64,000 bases of DNA from Candidatus Limnocylindrales bacterium (GTDB lineage Bacteria > Chloroflexota > Limnocylindria > Limnocylindrales > CSP1-4). The translations under genes and the position numbers were made by a program. Of this stretch, positions 43,981 to 53,464 are shown one piece after another. The notes beneath the pieces were generated by a model. It saw only the letters and a list, made by a program, of their open reading frames with translations. It was not told where the DNA came from and did no database searches. The number at the start of each line of letters is the position of its first letter. The first letter of the stretch is position 1. The stretch covers positions 9,505 to 73,504 of the forward strand of contig JBEKCH010000004.1 of the NCBI GenBank assembly GCA_050014975.1, in the 5' to 3' direction.

Positions 43981-44772
43981 CTACGGCAGAGCGCGCAGAG
44001 ACCCGCCGTCGATCGGGACGAACGTGCCCGTCTGGTAGCGGGCCAGGTCCGAGCAGAGCCAGGCGACGTAGGCGCCGAGCTCGTCCGGGTCGCCGTATCG
44101 GCCGGCCGGGATGGCCCGCTCGAACTGCGCCCGAACATCTTCGGGCGACGATCCCGATCGTTCGGCCCGCGTCCTGTCGAGCGAGGCGACCCGGGCAGTG
44201 TCGAGCCGGCCGGGCAGGACGCCGTTGACCGTCACGGCGTCGGCCATCACTTCCGGCGAGATCGTCTTTAGCCAGGCCGCGAGCGCGCTCCGGCACGCGT
44301 TCGAGTACGAAAGCTCCGGAATTGGCTGGCGGATCCCCGAAGACATGATCGAAACCACTCGGCCCCACTTGCGAGCCCGCATCCCCGGCAAGAGGAGCGT
44401 CGTGAGCTCGATCGGGGTGATCGCCAGGAGCTGGAAGGAGCGCCGCCATTCCTCCGGGTCCGTCTTCGTCGCCTCGGAGGTAGGCGGCCCACCCGCGTTC
44501 AGGACCACGATGTCGACCCGGCCGAGCGCCTTCTCGGCGGCGGCTGCGACCAGCGCGGCAGTCGACGCGTCTGCGGCATCGCCGCCAATCGTGGCGACTT
44601 CGGCGGAGTGAGCCCGCCGGATCTCGCCGGCCGCACGCTCCAGGGCTTCGCCGCCGCGCGACCACAGCGCCAGCCGGCAGCCCTCCGCCGCGAGCCGCTC
44701 CGCGCTGGCCCGCCCGAGCCCGGCCGATGCGCCGCCGACCAGGGCCGTCCGCCCTGCCAGACCTAGATCCAT
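43981..44772 (-). CDS. Short-chain dehydrogenase/reductase
   Basis: ALVGGASAGLGRASA, LNAGGP, YSNACRSALAAW (Y-x3-R/K variant), PGRLDT. Confidence 0.8.
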   Translation of the reverse strand: MDLGLAGRTALVGGASAGLGRASAERLAAEGCRLALWSRGGEALERAAGEIRRAHSAEVATIGGDAADASTAALVAAAAEKALGRVDIVVLNAGGPPTSEATKTDPEEWRRSFQLLAITPIELTTLLLPGMRARKWGRVVSIMSSGIRQPIPELSYSNACRSALAAWLKTISPEVMADAVTVNGVLPGRLDTARVASLDRTRAERSGSSPEDVRAQFERAIPAGRYGDPDELGAYVAWLCSDLARYQTGTFVPIDGGSLRALP

Positions 44773-45035
44773 CGCTTGCTCCTCCGTTGTGTCGCTCGAT
44801 TCGATCGCCGTCCGCCGCTACCGTAGAACGAAACGGCCACCCGCGGCGTGTACGAGGTGATGATGCCGATCGTCGTTCCGGTCGTTGCTGCGCCGGCCGC
44901 CTCCACGGAAACGCACCTGCCCCGCTCCCCGTGGGCCAGCACGCCGAAACCCACGACGGGGGCCTGACCTGGCAGGTTGCCCAGTAAGCCGCTGCTGGTC
45001 GCCCCCGGCCGCGGCGCATCCGGTACGCTTGGCGC

Positions 45036-45488
45036 GTGAACGAGAGAGCCGAAATCGCCGAGAGAGCCGCGACTGCCTACCGGGCGCTGGCCGACCTGGC
45101 GGAGACGGTCGAGGATGAGTGGCAGTACGTCACGGACCTCACCGACGCGTATCTGCCGAGCATCGAGGCGCTCGCCGGCGGAAAGGCGCCACTCGACGCC
45201 CAAGCCGTCGCAGCCGTGGACGAGGCCATCGCAGAGATCGCGCTGATCAGCGATCCGCATCGGGCGATCGACTGGCTCTCGACCTTCCCGCACGTGGTCG
45301 CCCTGGCGCTGGGCGGAGACGTGGACGAGGAGACCGGGCCGGCCGAAGGCGCAGGCGCAACCGAACCCGAGCCACCGGAGCCCGACCAGGACTCGCCCTT
45401 CCGGGCGCTGCGCCGGCCCGAGCCGCCCCGGCCCGAGCCACCCCGGCCCGAGCCACCCCGGCCCGAGCCGCGCCGGTCCGAACGATGA
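45036..45488 (+). CDS. Hypothetical protein: helical N-domain plus a PEPPR tandem-repeat tail
   Basis: GTG start at 45036. About 100 aa of acidic helical sequence, then (R)PEPP x4. The stop overlaps the next ATG (ATGA at 45485-45488). Confidence 0.45.
   Translation: MNERAEIAERAATAYRALADLAETVEDEWQYVTDLTDAYLPSIEALAGGKAPLDAQAVAAVDEAIAEIALISDPHRAIDWLSTFPHVVALALGGDVDEETGPAEGAGATEPEPPEPDQDSPFRALRRPEPPRPEPPRPEPPRPEPRRSER
45413..45472 (+). repeat. 15-nt tandem repeat x4 (ccggcccgagccRcc) encoding PEPPR units
   Basis: Copies at 45413, 45428, 45443 and 45458, followed by a degenerate fifth copy. Confidence 0.85.
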
Positions 45489-46153
45489 GATTCCAGGACG
45501 CCGCCCGCGATGCCCGGGCCGTGGTCTACGCCGGGATCCAGGCCGACCCGCTGGTTGCCCGCGTCGCGACGCTGCTGGCCGAGGCCACCAGGGCGGAGCG
45601 CTGGATGGCCCGCGCGGTGATGAACGGGGAGAGAACGGACCCCGGCACGTGGCGGCGCATCTTCCCGTCGCTCTTTGGCAAGGGGTCCGCGGGGGCCCTC
45701 CGCGAACGCGCCGAGCGCCTGCTGGCCGCGGCTCTCGAGGTCGCCAATCGCGGTGAGCAGGCCCGCAGCCAGTATCGCGGCGCCGTCGTGGAGGAGCTGA
45801 CCGCGCAGCTTCTCGCCCGCCGCGGCGGACCCGTGAGGCGGGAGCGGCGTGTCCTCTTCGACGGCGTCACGGCCGAGATCCACCCCTACGACGTCACGGT
45901 CGAAGCCCAGGCGCGGCCGGGAGTGTACGACTGCAAGTGGGGCGCGCGCGGCATCAATGCCGACGTCCTGAACCAGCTCGACGACGCGCGGGCACACGCG
46001 GCAGACGAGGAGATCGATCTCGCCGTCGCCATCGTCGTCTTCGACGCGCGCCGATCCGCGAAGATCCGGCTCGAACGATCGACGGCCCGGCACGACAACA
46101 CGCGGCTGGTCGGCCTCGAGGACATCGACGCGCTTGGAGAGGCGCACCCGTGA
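45485..46153 (+). CDS. Hypothetical protein with a candidate PD-(D/E)xK nuclease-fold motif set
   Basis: VVEELTAQLL ... HPYDVTVE ... GVYDCKWG gives E / D / D-x-K spacing. No family recognised. It is translationally coupled on both sides (ATGA at 45485, GTGA at 46150). Confidence 0.45.
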   Translation: MRFQDAARDARAVVYAGIQADPLVARVATLLAEATRAERWMARAVMNGERTDPGTWRRIFPSLFGKGSAGALRERAERLLAAALEVANRGEQARSQYRGAVVEELTAQLLARRGGPVRRERRVLFDGVTAEIHPYDVTVEAQARPGVYDCKWGARGINADVLNQLDDARAHAADEEIDLAVAIVVFDARRSAKIRLERSTARHDNTRLVGLEDIDALGEAHP

Positions 46154-46956
46154 GCGAACACGCAGCCGACGAGGCTCGAACGCCGGACATGGCGCCACAA
46201 GGGCGGGACCTCTTGCGCGACCAACTGCCCTACCGGATCGTCCGGCCGTATCGCGTCCGCTTCGAAGAGTCGACCGCCGGCGAGACGATCCGGGCGGCGA
46301 TCTACCTGGCCTGGGCGGCCGACGTCGCCTGGCAGCACTCCACGCTGCTCGGCTTCGGGCGCGACTGGTACGGCGAGCGAGGCCTCTTCTGGCTGGTTCG
46401 GGCGGTCGAGCTGGACGTCTTCGCGCCGGTCCAAACCTACGCCGAGGTGCTCGTCAGCACGCGCGTAACCGGCTACCGGCGCATCAGCGCCAGGCGCGAG
46501 AGCGATGTTCGCGATCCGACCGGCAGGCTGCTGGCCCGCCTGGAGATCGACTGGGTCATGACCAACGAGCGCGGCGTGCCGACGCGGGTTCCGGTCGACT
46601 TCCACAGGTTCGTCGTCGACGGCGGGACCACATTCGAGATGCACAAGGTGGCGCTGCCGGTGGCGCCGCAGGACGCCGTCGAGCGGCGCTTCCACGTTCA
46701 CCGGCGCGACCTGGATCCGCTGGACCACGTCAACAACAGCGTGTATCTCGACTACTTCGAGGAGGCGCTCGAGGCCGCCGGCCAGGGGCAGCTGCTCGCC
46801 GCCACACCGAGGCGCTACGTGCTGGACTTCGCCAGCTCTGCCGAGCGCGACGAGCCCCTGTTCGGCAGGGCGTGGCCACTCGCCGGCGGCTGGGCCTATC
46901 GCCTGACCCGAACCGACGGCGTCGAGATCTTCAGGGCGCGACTCGACCGGCTCTAG
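46150..46956 (+). CDS. Acyl-ACP thioesterase-like double hot-dog protein
   Basis: Two hot-dog halves: YRVRFEESTAGETIRAAIYLAWAADVAWQHS and FHVHRRDLDPLDHVNNSVYLDYFEEA. GTG 46150 overlaps the previous stop. Confidence 0.65.
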   Translation: MSEHAADEARTPDMAPQGRDLLRDQLPYRIVRPYRVRFEESTAGETIRAAIYLAWAADVAWQHSTLLGFGRDWYGERGLFWLVRAVELDVFAPVQTYAEVLVSTRVTGYRRISARRESDVRDPTGRLLARLEIDWVMTNERGVPTRVPVDFHRFVVDGGTTFEMHKVALPVAPQDAVERRFHVHRRDLDPLDHVNNSVYLDYFEEALEAAGQGQLLAATPRRYVLDFASSAERDEPLFGRAWPLAGGWAYRLTRTDGVEIFRARLDRL

Positions 46957-47354
46957 TCTTCCGGACCGTCGTCCTTTTTGGTCCCGGCGTCCGGCCCGGC
47001 GCCTTCGTCGGAGGCCTCGGCGTTGTGGGCGCGCGCCGCTTCGGCGGCCTTGCGCAGATCCGCGGCCAGGTCCTTGCTCCGGGCGGCCAGGCGATCGCCC
47101 ACGTGCTCTGTGACGTCGGCCGCCTTGTGGGCGACGGGGCCGGCATTCTCGGCCGCCACTGCCGCCAGCTCGGCGGCCTTCGCCGCCACGTCGCGCAGGA
47201 CCGGCCCGGCCGTCTTGCCGGCCTGGTCGATCATGACCTGGAGCTGGGAGATCATCTTTTCGGCGACTGCGCGGGCCTGCTCGCGGCGAGGACCGCCGCC
47301 CTGCTCGCTACCGCCCGTTTCGCCACCCGGCTCGTTCGGTTCCATAGTCGTCAC
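46953..47354 (-). CDS. Hypothetical Ala-rich helical protein (phasin / apolipoprotein-like composition)
   Basis: 133-aa ORF with repeated AxxAAE-type amphipathic segments and acidic termini. Start at GTG 47354 or ATG 47345. No family recognised. Confidence 0.4.
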   Translation of the reverse strand: MTTMEPNEPGGETGGSEQGGGPRREQARAVAEKMISQLQVMIDQAGKTAGPVLRDVAAKAAELAAVAAENAGPVAHKAADVTEHVGDRLAARSKDLAADLRKAAEAARAHNAEASDEGAGPDAGTKKDDGPED

Positions 47355-47475
47355 CCCGATTCCGGTGAGGGTTCACTTGCCCCTCGACAACTGGCAGAGC
47401 CAATCGTACGCCCGAAAGGACGCAGAGGCTAATGCGGGGCCGATCGGGATGGCAGCCGAGACCTGGCCGAAGGCG

Positions 47476-48759
47476 TCAGGCGGCCGGGGTCTTGAGGTCG
47501 CCTGAGACCGTCGTGCTCTTGTGGCCGGCGCTATCCGTCAGAACGAGCCGGTAGCGGTAGCAGTAGAGCTTCAGCAGGCCGGTTGAGGAAACCGGCGAGG
47601 CGCTCGTCGTGGTTCGCAGCGTGCTCCACTGAGCCCCCGCGCAGGTCCCGGCCGCCGGCTGCGCCGCCCGCTCCGTGACCAGGCGGCGGCTGACGATGTG
47701 CGTTCCGGGGGTGGGCGTCTCCGTCCACCGGACGGTTGCGCTCAGGCCGCCGATGGCCGTCACGACGTTGGGCGCCGGGCTCGTGAAAGTGGCGCTCGGC
47801 GCCGCGGGATCGACCAGCATCGGCCCCGAGAGCGTCCGCGTCGTGACGTTCGTCGAGTCGGTCAGCGCCACGACGAAGCGATAGCAGTAGCCGGTCTTGA
47901 GGCCTGTGACTGTTTGGGGCGACGCGCCGGTCGATTGCCAGGCCGGCGAGCCGGGGAGCCAGCGGTCCACCGCGCAGCTGCCGTTCTGGGGCAGGGCCAT
48001 CATCAGCGTGACGTTGCGGGCGGTGATCGTCGTCCCGGCGGTAAGCTCCTCGGTCCAGGCCACGGTCGCCGAGCTACCGACCGTCACCTGGCTCTGAACG
48101 GCGGGCGAGAAGAAGATGGCCGCCGGATCGGTCGCCGGGCGCCATGTCGCCAGGCCGGGGTCGAGGTAGACGTGGAGTATCTCGTCGGCCGTCATCCCCT
48201 GGTTGGCGCAATCGACCGAGCTGTGTTGGAACAGGTGCGACCCATCGGCGTCCGCCCCGCAGGGCAAGCCGTTCGCGCCGGAGCGGTAGCCCGTCATCAG
48301 GAACGAGCCGTTCTTCGTGAGGCTTTCGTTCCAGGTGGCGTTGATCGCGGCGAGCTGTCCGGCCGAGGGAGTGCGGGACTCCGGCTGATAGATCTGGTCG
48401 TTGGTGTTGTCGGCCACGTCGTAGCAGGCGCCGTGGGCGGTCCCGCCCCGATAGTGCATCGTGAAGTACCAGCCGTACTGCTTGGTGGCGATGGCCCCCG
48501 TCTGGAGCGTCGATGCCGGCCAGCTCGACGGCCATTCGGCCGCCAGCACGATCTGGACGTAGCTCTTGAAGTTGACGGTCTGAACGTGGCCGCTCGACGG
48601 GCCACTGGTTCGAAGCACGCGAATCGTGGGTGGCGGCACACGCGTGCTGGTCCAGCCCGTACAGGTGCTGGCGGCATGGACCGCGGCTGGGCCCGTAACG
48701 GTGGTTGGCAGCCACATCAAAGCGGTGAGCGCCAGGACTGCCGCCAGACGGCGTCGCAT
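47476..48759 (-). CDS. Secreted protein: SpoIID/LytB-like N-domain plus two Ig/FN3-like repeat modules
   Basis: Signal peptide MRRRLAAVLALTALMWLPTTVTGPAAVHA. YVQIVLAAEWPSSWPASTLQTGAIATKQYGWYF resembles the SpoIID motif. Two C-terminal modules of about 95 aa share TV.WTE...G...CYR(F/Y).(V/L).LTDS. Confidence 0.5.
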   Translation of the reverse strand: MRRRLAAVLALTALMWLPTTVTGPAAVHAASTCTGWTSTRVPPPTIRVLRTSGPSSGHVQTVNFKSYVQIVLAAEWPSSWPASTLQTGAIATKQYGWYFTMHYRGGTAHGACYDVADNTNDQIYQPESRTPSAGQLAAINATWNESLTKNGSFLMTGYRSGANGLPCGADADGSHLFQHSSVDCANQGMTADEILHVYLDPGLATWRPATDPAAIFFSPAVQSQVTVGSSATVAWTEELTAGTTITARNVTLMMALPQNGSCAVDRWLPGSPAWQSTGASPQTVTGLKTGYCYRFVVALTDSTNVTTRTLSGPMLVDPAAPSATFTSPAPNVVTAIGGLSATVRWTETPTPGTHIVSRRLVTERAAQPAAGTCAGAQWSTLRTTTSASPVSSTGLLKLYCYRYRLVLTDSAGHKSTTVSGDLKTPAA

Positions 48760-48848
48760 TGCCGGCAGGCTACGCTTCTGGGTGGCGGACCGTCAAGCTC
48801 GGCGGCTCCGTCCGGCAGCCCGGCGGCGAGCGGTGCAGTCGGGCCGGG

Positions 48849-49325
48849 TCAGCGCTTCTCTTCGTCTTCCCAGGTCTTCGCTCGCTCGGCAAGGTCGGTC
48901 TCTCCCGCGGGCCCGGTCGTGTCCAGCTGGCCCGCCTCAAACGCCTCGAGCGCCTCGCGGGAGGGTTTCCCGACGTTGCGGGCTTCGTCGCGGGTTGGGC
49001 TCATCACCGACCGGCCGGCGTTCTCGATCTCGGCCTCGAGCTCCATCTTGCGCATCTCGAGGCGCACGGCCTCGCTGGGCGGGAGGACCGCGTCGGGGCT
49101 GGCCATCTGGTCGTCGCGGCCAGCCTGGAGCCAGGACTTGGGATCGAAGGCGTCGGGAACCCGGCCCTCGCCATGGCCCGGCGCGGCCTTGCTATCCACG
49201 ACCGTCACGCCGGGAATGTCGGGAGCGACGGCGCCCTCGACGACGGCGCCGCACCTGGGGCAGGCAGCTGCTCCGGCCGGGATCGAAGTGGAACACCAGG
49301 GGCAGATGTGACCGGTCTCGTCCAT
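48849..49325 (-). CDS. Hypothetical zinc-ribbon protein with an acidic coiled-coil tail
   Basis: MDETGHICPWCSTSIPAGAAACPRCGA at the N-terminus. ATG at 49325. The upstream part of track ORF 48849-49601 is probably non-coding. Confidence 0.45.
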   Translation of the reverse strand: MDETGHICPWCSTSIPAGAAACPRCGAVVEGAVAPDIPGVTVVDSKAAPGHGEGRVPDAFDPKSWLQAGRDDQMASPDAVLPPSEAVRLEMRKMELEAEIENAGRSVMSPTRDEARNVGKPSREALEAFEAGQLDTTGPAGETDLAERAKTWEDEEKR

Positions 49326-49581
49326 GGCGCGCACCCTAGTCCACCGCGAACCCGGTCGGCTATCCATCCTTTTGGCCATTCGGCAGCCATGACCCCACGA
49401 CGGCGGGTCGGGGCCGTCGGCGAACGATAGAGGAGCCGCGCCGGTCGGGCAGGTCGTCCCGGCACGCTCGGGGACGCGACCGCCCCGCCGCACGTAGCGG
49501 CCCGGCCCGGCCGCCCAGGGTCGGCCGGGGGCCGAAGGCCTACACTGGCCGCAGCCCAAGACCCCCATCGGAGACTCGACG

Positions 49582-50085
49582 ATGTCGTTCGCCGCGCACA
49601 CGTACGTGTTGAATCAGCAGCTCTTCTCGCTCGGGGGCGACCTCTGGATCGAGGATGAGGCGGGCAACCACGTATTCGCGGTCGACGGCAAGGCACTGAG
49701 CCTGCGTCGCACTCTCCTGCTCCTCGATCCGACCGACAACACGCTGTACGAGATCGGCCAGTCGCTGGCGCACGTGCACCGGACCTTCGAGATCAAACGA
49801 GCCGACGCTGTGGTCGCCACCATTCAGGAGGCCCTGTTCAATCTCCTGGGCGACCACTTCACGATCACGCTCGCCGACGGCACCGTGCTGACGGTGACCG
49901 GCGACTTCATCAACCGCGAGTTCCATGTGATGCGAAATGGAAGCCAGCTGATCTTCGCCTCGCGCAAGTTCCTCAGCATTCGTGACAGCTACGGCGTGCA
50001 GGTCGTGGCGAACTTCGAGGTGCCCCTCGCGCTGGCCATCGTCGTGGCCCTCGAGCAGATGGAGCTCGAGGAGCGCCGGCGCTGA
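49582..50085 (+). CDS. LURP-one-related / tubby C-terminal-like (DUF567, YxjI-like) protein
   Basis: YVLNQQLFSLGGDLWIEDEAGNHVFAVDGKALSLRRTLLLLD...TFEIKR...GDFINREFHV fits the repeated beta-hairpin pattern of DUF567. SD ggag upstream. Confidence 0.6.
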   Translation: MSFAAHTYVLNQQLFSLGGDLWIEDEAGNHVFAVDGKALSLRRTLLLLDPTDNTLYEIGQSLAHVHRTFEIKRADAVVATIQEALFNLLGDHFTITLADGTVLTVTGDFINREFHVMRNGSQLIFASRKFLSIRDSYGVQVVANFEVPLALAIVVALEQMELEERRR

Positions 50086-50215
50086 GCCTGGATCCCGACC
50101 AAGGGGCCGGCAAGCGCATGACCGCGCTGCTCGGCCGCCGCTGAATCGGCCCGGTCAGGTGAGGCGCTGGTCTGGATAGCGCACAGAGGGGCGCAGGGCG
50201 CGGTCGGTCGTCGGA

Positions 50216-51262
50216 TCAGGAGCCAGGGGCTGTCGGTTCGCCAGGCTCGCCCCCGGCCAGGCAGCGGTCGATCTCCGCCAGCTCGTCCGGCTGGAAATCC
50301 AGCCGCCCGAGTGCCCGGACGTCATCCTCGAGCTGCTCGACCGAGCTGGCGCCGACGATCGCGGAGGTCACCCGCGGATCGCGCAGCACCCAGGCGAGTG
50401 CCAGCTGGGCCAGCGTCTGGCCGCGACGGGCGGCGATTGCGTCGAGGGCGCGAACGCGCGGCAGGTTCTCCTCGATCTCAGCGACGGTCAGGAACCGGGA
50501 GTGCGTCGCCCGCGATCCGGCCGGCACGCCGTTGAGGTAGCGGTTCGTGAGCTGGCCCTGCGCCAGGGGCGAGAACACGATGCAGCCGATCTGCTCCTCG
50601 CCGAGCGCGTCGAGGAGGCCGTCCTCGATCCAACGGTTCAGGAGCGAGTAGGACGGCTGGTGGATGAGCAGAGGCGTGCCCAGGCTGCGCATGATCGCCG
50701 CGGCCCGGCGCGTCTCCGCGGGCGGGTACGACGATATGCCGGCGTACAGCGCCTTGCCCTGACGCACGGCCGTGTCCAGCGCGCCGAGCGTCTCCTCGAG
50801 CGGGGTGTCGGGGTCGAGGCGGTGTGAGTAGAAGATGTCGACGTAGTCGAGCCCGAGCCGCTTCAGGCTCTGGTCCAGGCTGGCCAGCAGGTACTTGCGC
50901 GAGCCCCGGTCTCCGTACGGCCCCGGCCACATGTCCCAGCCTGCCTTGGTCGAAATCACGAGCTCGTCCCGGTATGGCCCGAAATCGGAGCGCAGGATGC
51001 GGCCGGCGTTTGTCTCGGCCGCGCCGTAGGGCGGGCCGTAGTTGTTGGCCAGGTCGAAATGGGTGATGCCGAGATCGAACGCCCGACGGACGATCGCCCG
51101 CCGCGTGGTGCCTGACGAGGCGTCGCCGAAGTTGTGCCAGAAGCCGAGCGAGAGGAGCGGCAGCTCCAGCCCGCTACGGCCGGACCGGCGATAGGACATG
51201 ACCTGATATCGATCCGGCGAGGCCACGAAGGGCGCGCCGTCCAGGCCTGGCATCTGCGTCAT
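50216..51262 (-). CDS. Aldo/keto reductase (YghZ / Kv-beta-like)
   Basis: LGFWHNFG, ITHFDLANNYGPPYG, VISTKAG, DIFYSHR, GISSY, FSPLAQG, GASSVEQL. Confidence 0.9.
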   Translation of the reverse strand: MTQMPGLDGAPFVASPDRYQVMSYRRSGRSGLELPLLSLGFWHNFGDASSGTTRRAIVRRAFDLGITHFDLANNYGPPYGAAETNAGRILRSDFGPYRDELVISTKAGWDMWPGPYGDRGSRKYLLASLDQSLKRLGLDYVDIFYSHRLDPDTPLEETLGALDTAVRQGKALYAGISSYPPAETRRAAAIMRSLGTPLLIHQPSYSLLNRWIEDGLLDALGEEQIGCIVFSPLAQGQLTNRYLNGVPAGSRATHSRFLTVAEIEENLPRVRALDAIAARRGQTLAQLALAWVLRDPRVTSAIVGASSVEQLEDDVRALGRLDFQPDELAEIDRCLAGGEPGEPTAPGS

Positions 51263-51494
51263 CTACCGGGACCTCATGCGGTTGCGCCGATAGCGTACGA
51301 CGGGTCGGACAGTGCGTATCAGAACTCCGTGCGCCTCCGGCGGTCAGGATCGCGACACTGACGGCGCAACCCGGGGATGGGAACGCAGCCGAGAAGCAAG
51401 GGCCTGACATTCAGAGGAGATCATCCAGAGGTCGCCCCCGGTCGTTCTCGGAGCCTGACCGTCCACCGGCCAAGTCAAGGAGCTCGAGCAGGAG

Positions 51495-53462
51495 CTAGCA
51501 GGCAGCCGGGCCCAGGAGCTTGCCCGTGGCGTCAAGGCCGTAGCCGACCGGGTAGACCGCCCCATCGCAAGCGGACTTGCCGACTCTGGGCGCATCCGCT
51601 GCCGTCTTCGGCCAGGTGTACGGCGTGGTCCCAACGAATGGCTTGGCGCCGAGCAGGACGTCGGCCAGGCCTTCGCCCTGCGTTCCGGGGAGCCAGGCCG
51701 CGACGACCGCGTCAGTCGACGAGAAGTCGTCGAGCAGCATCGGCCGGCCCGACATGACCACGACGATCAGCTTGTTCACCTCCGGCCGCATCTTCGCGAC
51801 GAGAGCGACGTCCTGAGGCGGCAGCGTGAGCGTCGAGGAATCACCCACGCCTTCGGCGTAGGGCCGCTCGGCCACAACGACGATGCCAACGTCGGCCTTC
51901 GTACCGGCCGGGAAGGCGGCGTTCTGGTCGTAGGTGAGGTTGTCACCCAGCTTGGCTGCGAGAGCGTCCTTGAGGGTCGTGCCGGTGGTGGTATCCCCCG
52001 TTGAGCCCTGCCAGGTGATCGTCCAACCGCCGCACTGGATGCCGATGTCGTCGGCGCCCTCACCGGCGAGGAGGACTTTGGTCCCGGCAGTCGCGATCGG
52101 CAGAGTGCCCGAGCTCGTCTTGAGCAGCGTGGCCGACTCGGAGACTGCCTGGCTGGCGATCGCGCGATCGGCAGCCGACCCTTCTTCGGAAACCTTACCC
52201 GCGGCCGGCATCGGGTTCTCGAACAGTCCCATCTCAAACTTGACGCGGAGGATCCGGGTGACCGCATCGTCGATCCGGGCCTGCGAGATCGTCCCGGCTT
52301 GCACCAGCGACGTCATGGTTGTGATGAATCGAATGTAGTCAGTCGGGACCATGACCATGTCGATGCCGGCGTTGATCGACTGGGCGACGGAGGCCGAGTA
52401 GTCACCGGGTACCACCTGGTCGACGGCGCCCCAGTCGGAGACGACAAAACCGGTGAAACCTAGCTGGGTCTTGAGGATGTCGGTGATCAGATGCTTGTCG
52501 CCGTGGACCTTACCGGCGGTTGTGCTCGAGTAAGAGGCCATGACGATTCTGGCGCCGGCCTTGATCGCTGCCTGGTACGGCGGGAGGAAAAGCTTGAGCA
52601 GCGTGGCCTCATCCATCTGGTCGACGCCCTGGTCGAGCAGGTAGGGCCCGGTCGGGCCGATCGCCGTGGAGCTGCCGAAGGCCGTTCCGCCATCGCCGAT
52701 GAAGTGCTTCAGCGTCGCCGCCGCGGTGTCAGGTGCGGACAGGCTGGAACCTTGAAAGCCCTGGACGCAGGCCGTGCCGAGCTTGGAGACGAGGTCGGTG
52801 TTCTCGCTGTAGCCCTCGAACGTGCGGCCCCAGCGAATGTCCTGCGGAACCGCGATGACCGGACCGAAGCTCCACCGGATCCCGACGGCGTTCATCTCGA
52901 GGGCCGTCGCGGCGCACTCCTTCGTTACGAGGGCGGGGTCCTTCGTGGCCCCCATGCCGACGTTCTGGGGGAAGATCGTCGCGCCGACAATGTCGTTGTT
53001 CCCATGTACGGCGTCGAGGCCATAGATGATCGGGATGCCCAGGCGTGTCCCGAGGGCCGCTTGCTGATACCCGTTGACCATGTCATACCAGGCCTGCGGG
53101 GTGTTCCCGGCCTTGGGCGCTCCGCCTCAGCCGTTGAGGATCGAGCCAAGATCGAACTGTGCCGAGGTCGGAGCATCGATTGAGCCGATCTCGATCTGAG
53201 TCATCTGGCCGATCTTATCGGCCAGGGTCATCTGACTTAGCAGCGCCGCCACTCGATCATCCACGGACTTGGTGGCGTCCATCCAGGGACGGGCGGAGGA
53301 CGGCGACCCGGACGCCGCCGGGCTAGAGGCACCCGAGGCACCTGGTGTACCCGTGGCGGCGGAGCTGCCGCAGGCCGCCACGAAGAGTACGACTGCGACT
53401 GAACCGAGGCGACTGAGCCATCGGCGAGGCCGCCTGGGGCGACCCGAATACGACACTGGCAT
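51495..53462 (-). pseudogene. GH3 beta-glucosidase / exo-glucanase interrupted by one in-frame TGA (53127-53129)
   Basis: Track ORFs 53127-53999 (lipoprotein signal ...VLFVAACGSS, LADKIGQMTQ) and 51495-3081 are in the same frame. Across the stop the translation reads GSILNG*GGAPKAGNTPQAWYDMVNGYQ, then GIPIIYGLDAVHGNN and the SDWG nucleophile region. ATG at 53462 with aaggag SD. Confidence 0.85.
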
Positions 53463-53464
53463 TC

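Noticed and set aside
53127-53129. UGA read as glycine (genetic code 25) or as selenocysteine in the GH3 gene.
   Set aside because: TGA clearly terminates many well-defined genes in this window, for example the GS fragment, murT, the response regulator, hspR, usp and the first permease. The aligned residue is Gly, not Cys/Sec, and I see no SECIS-like hairpin immediately downstream. A nonsense mutation or a base error is more parsimonious.
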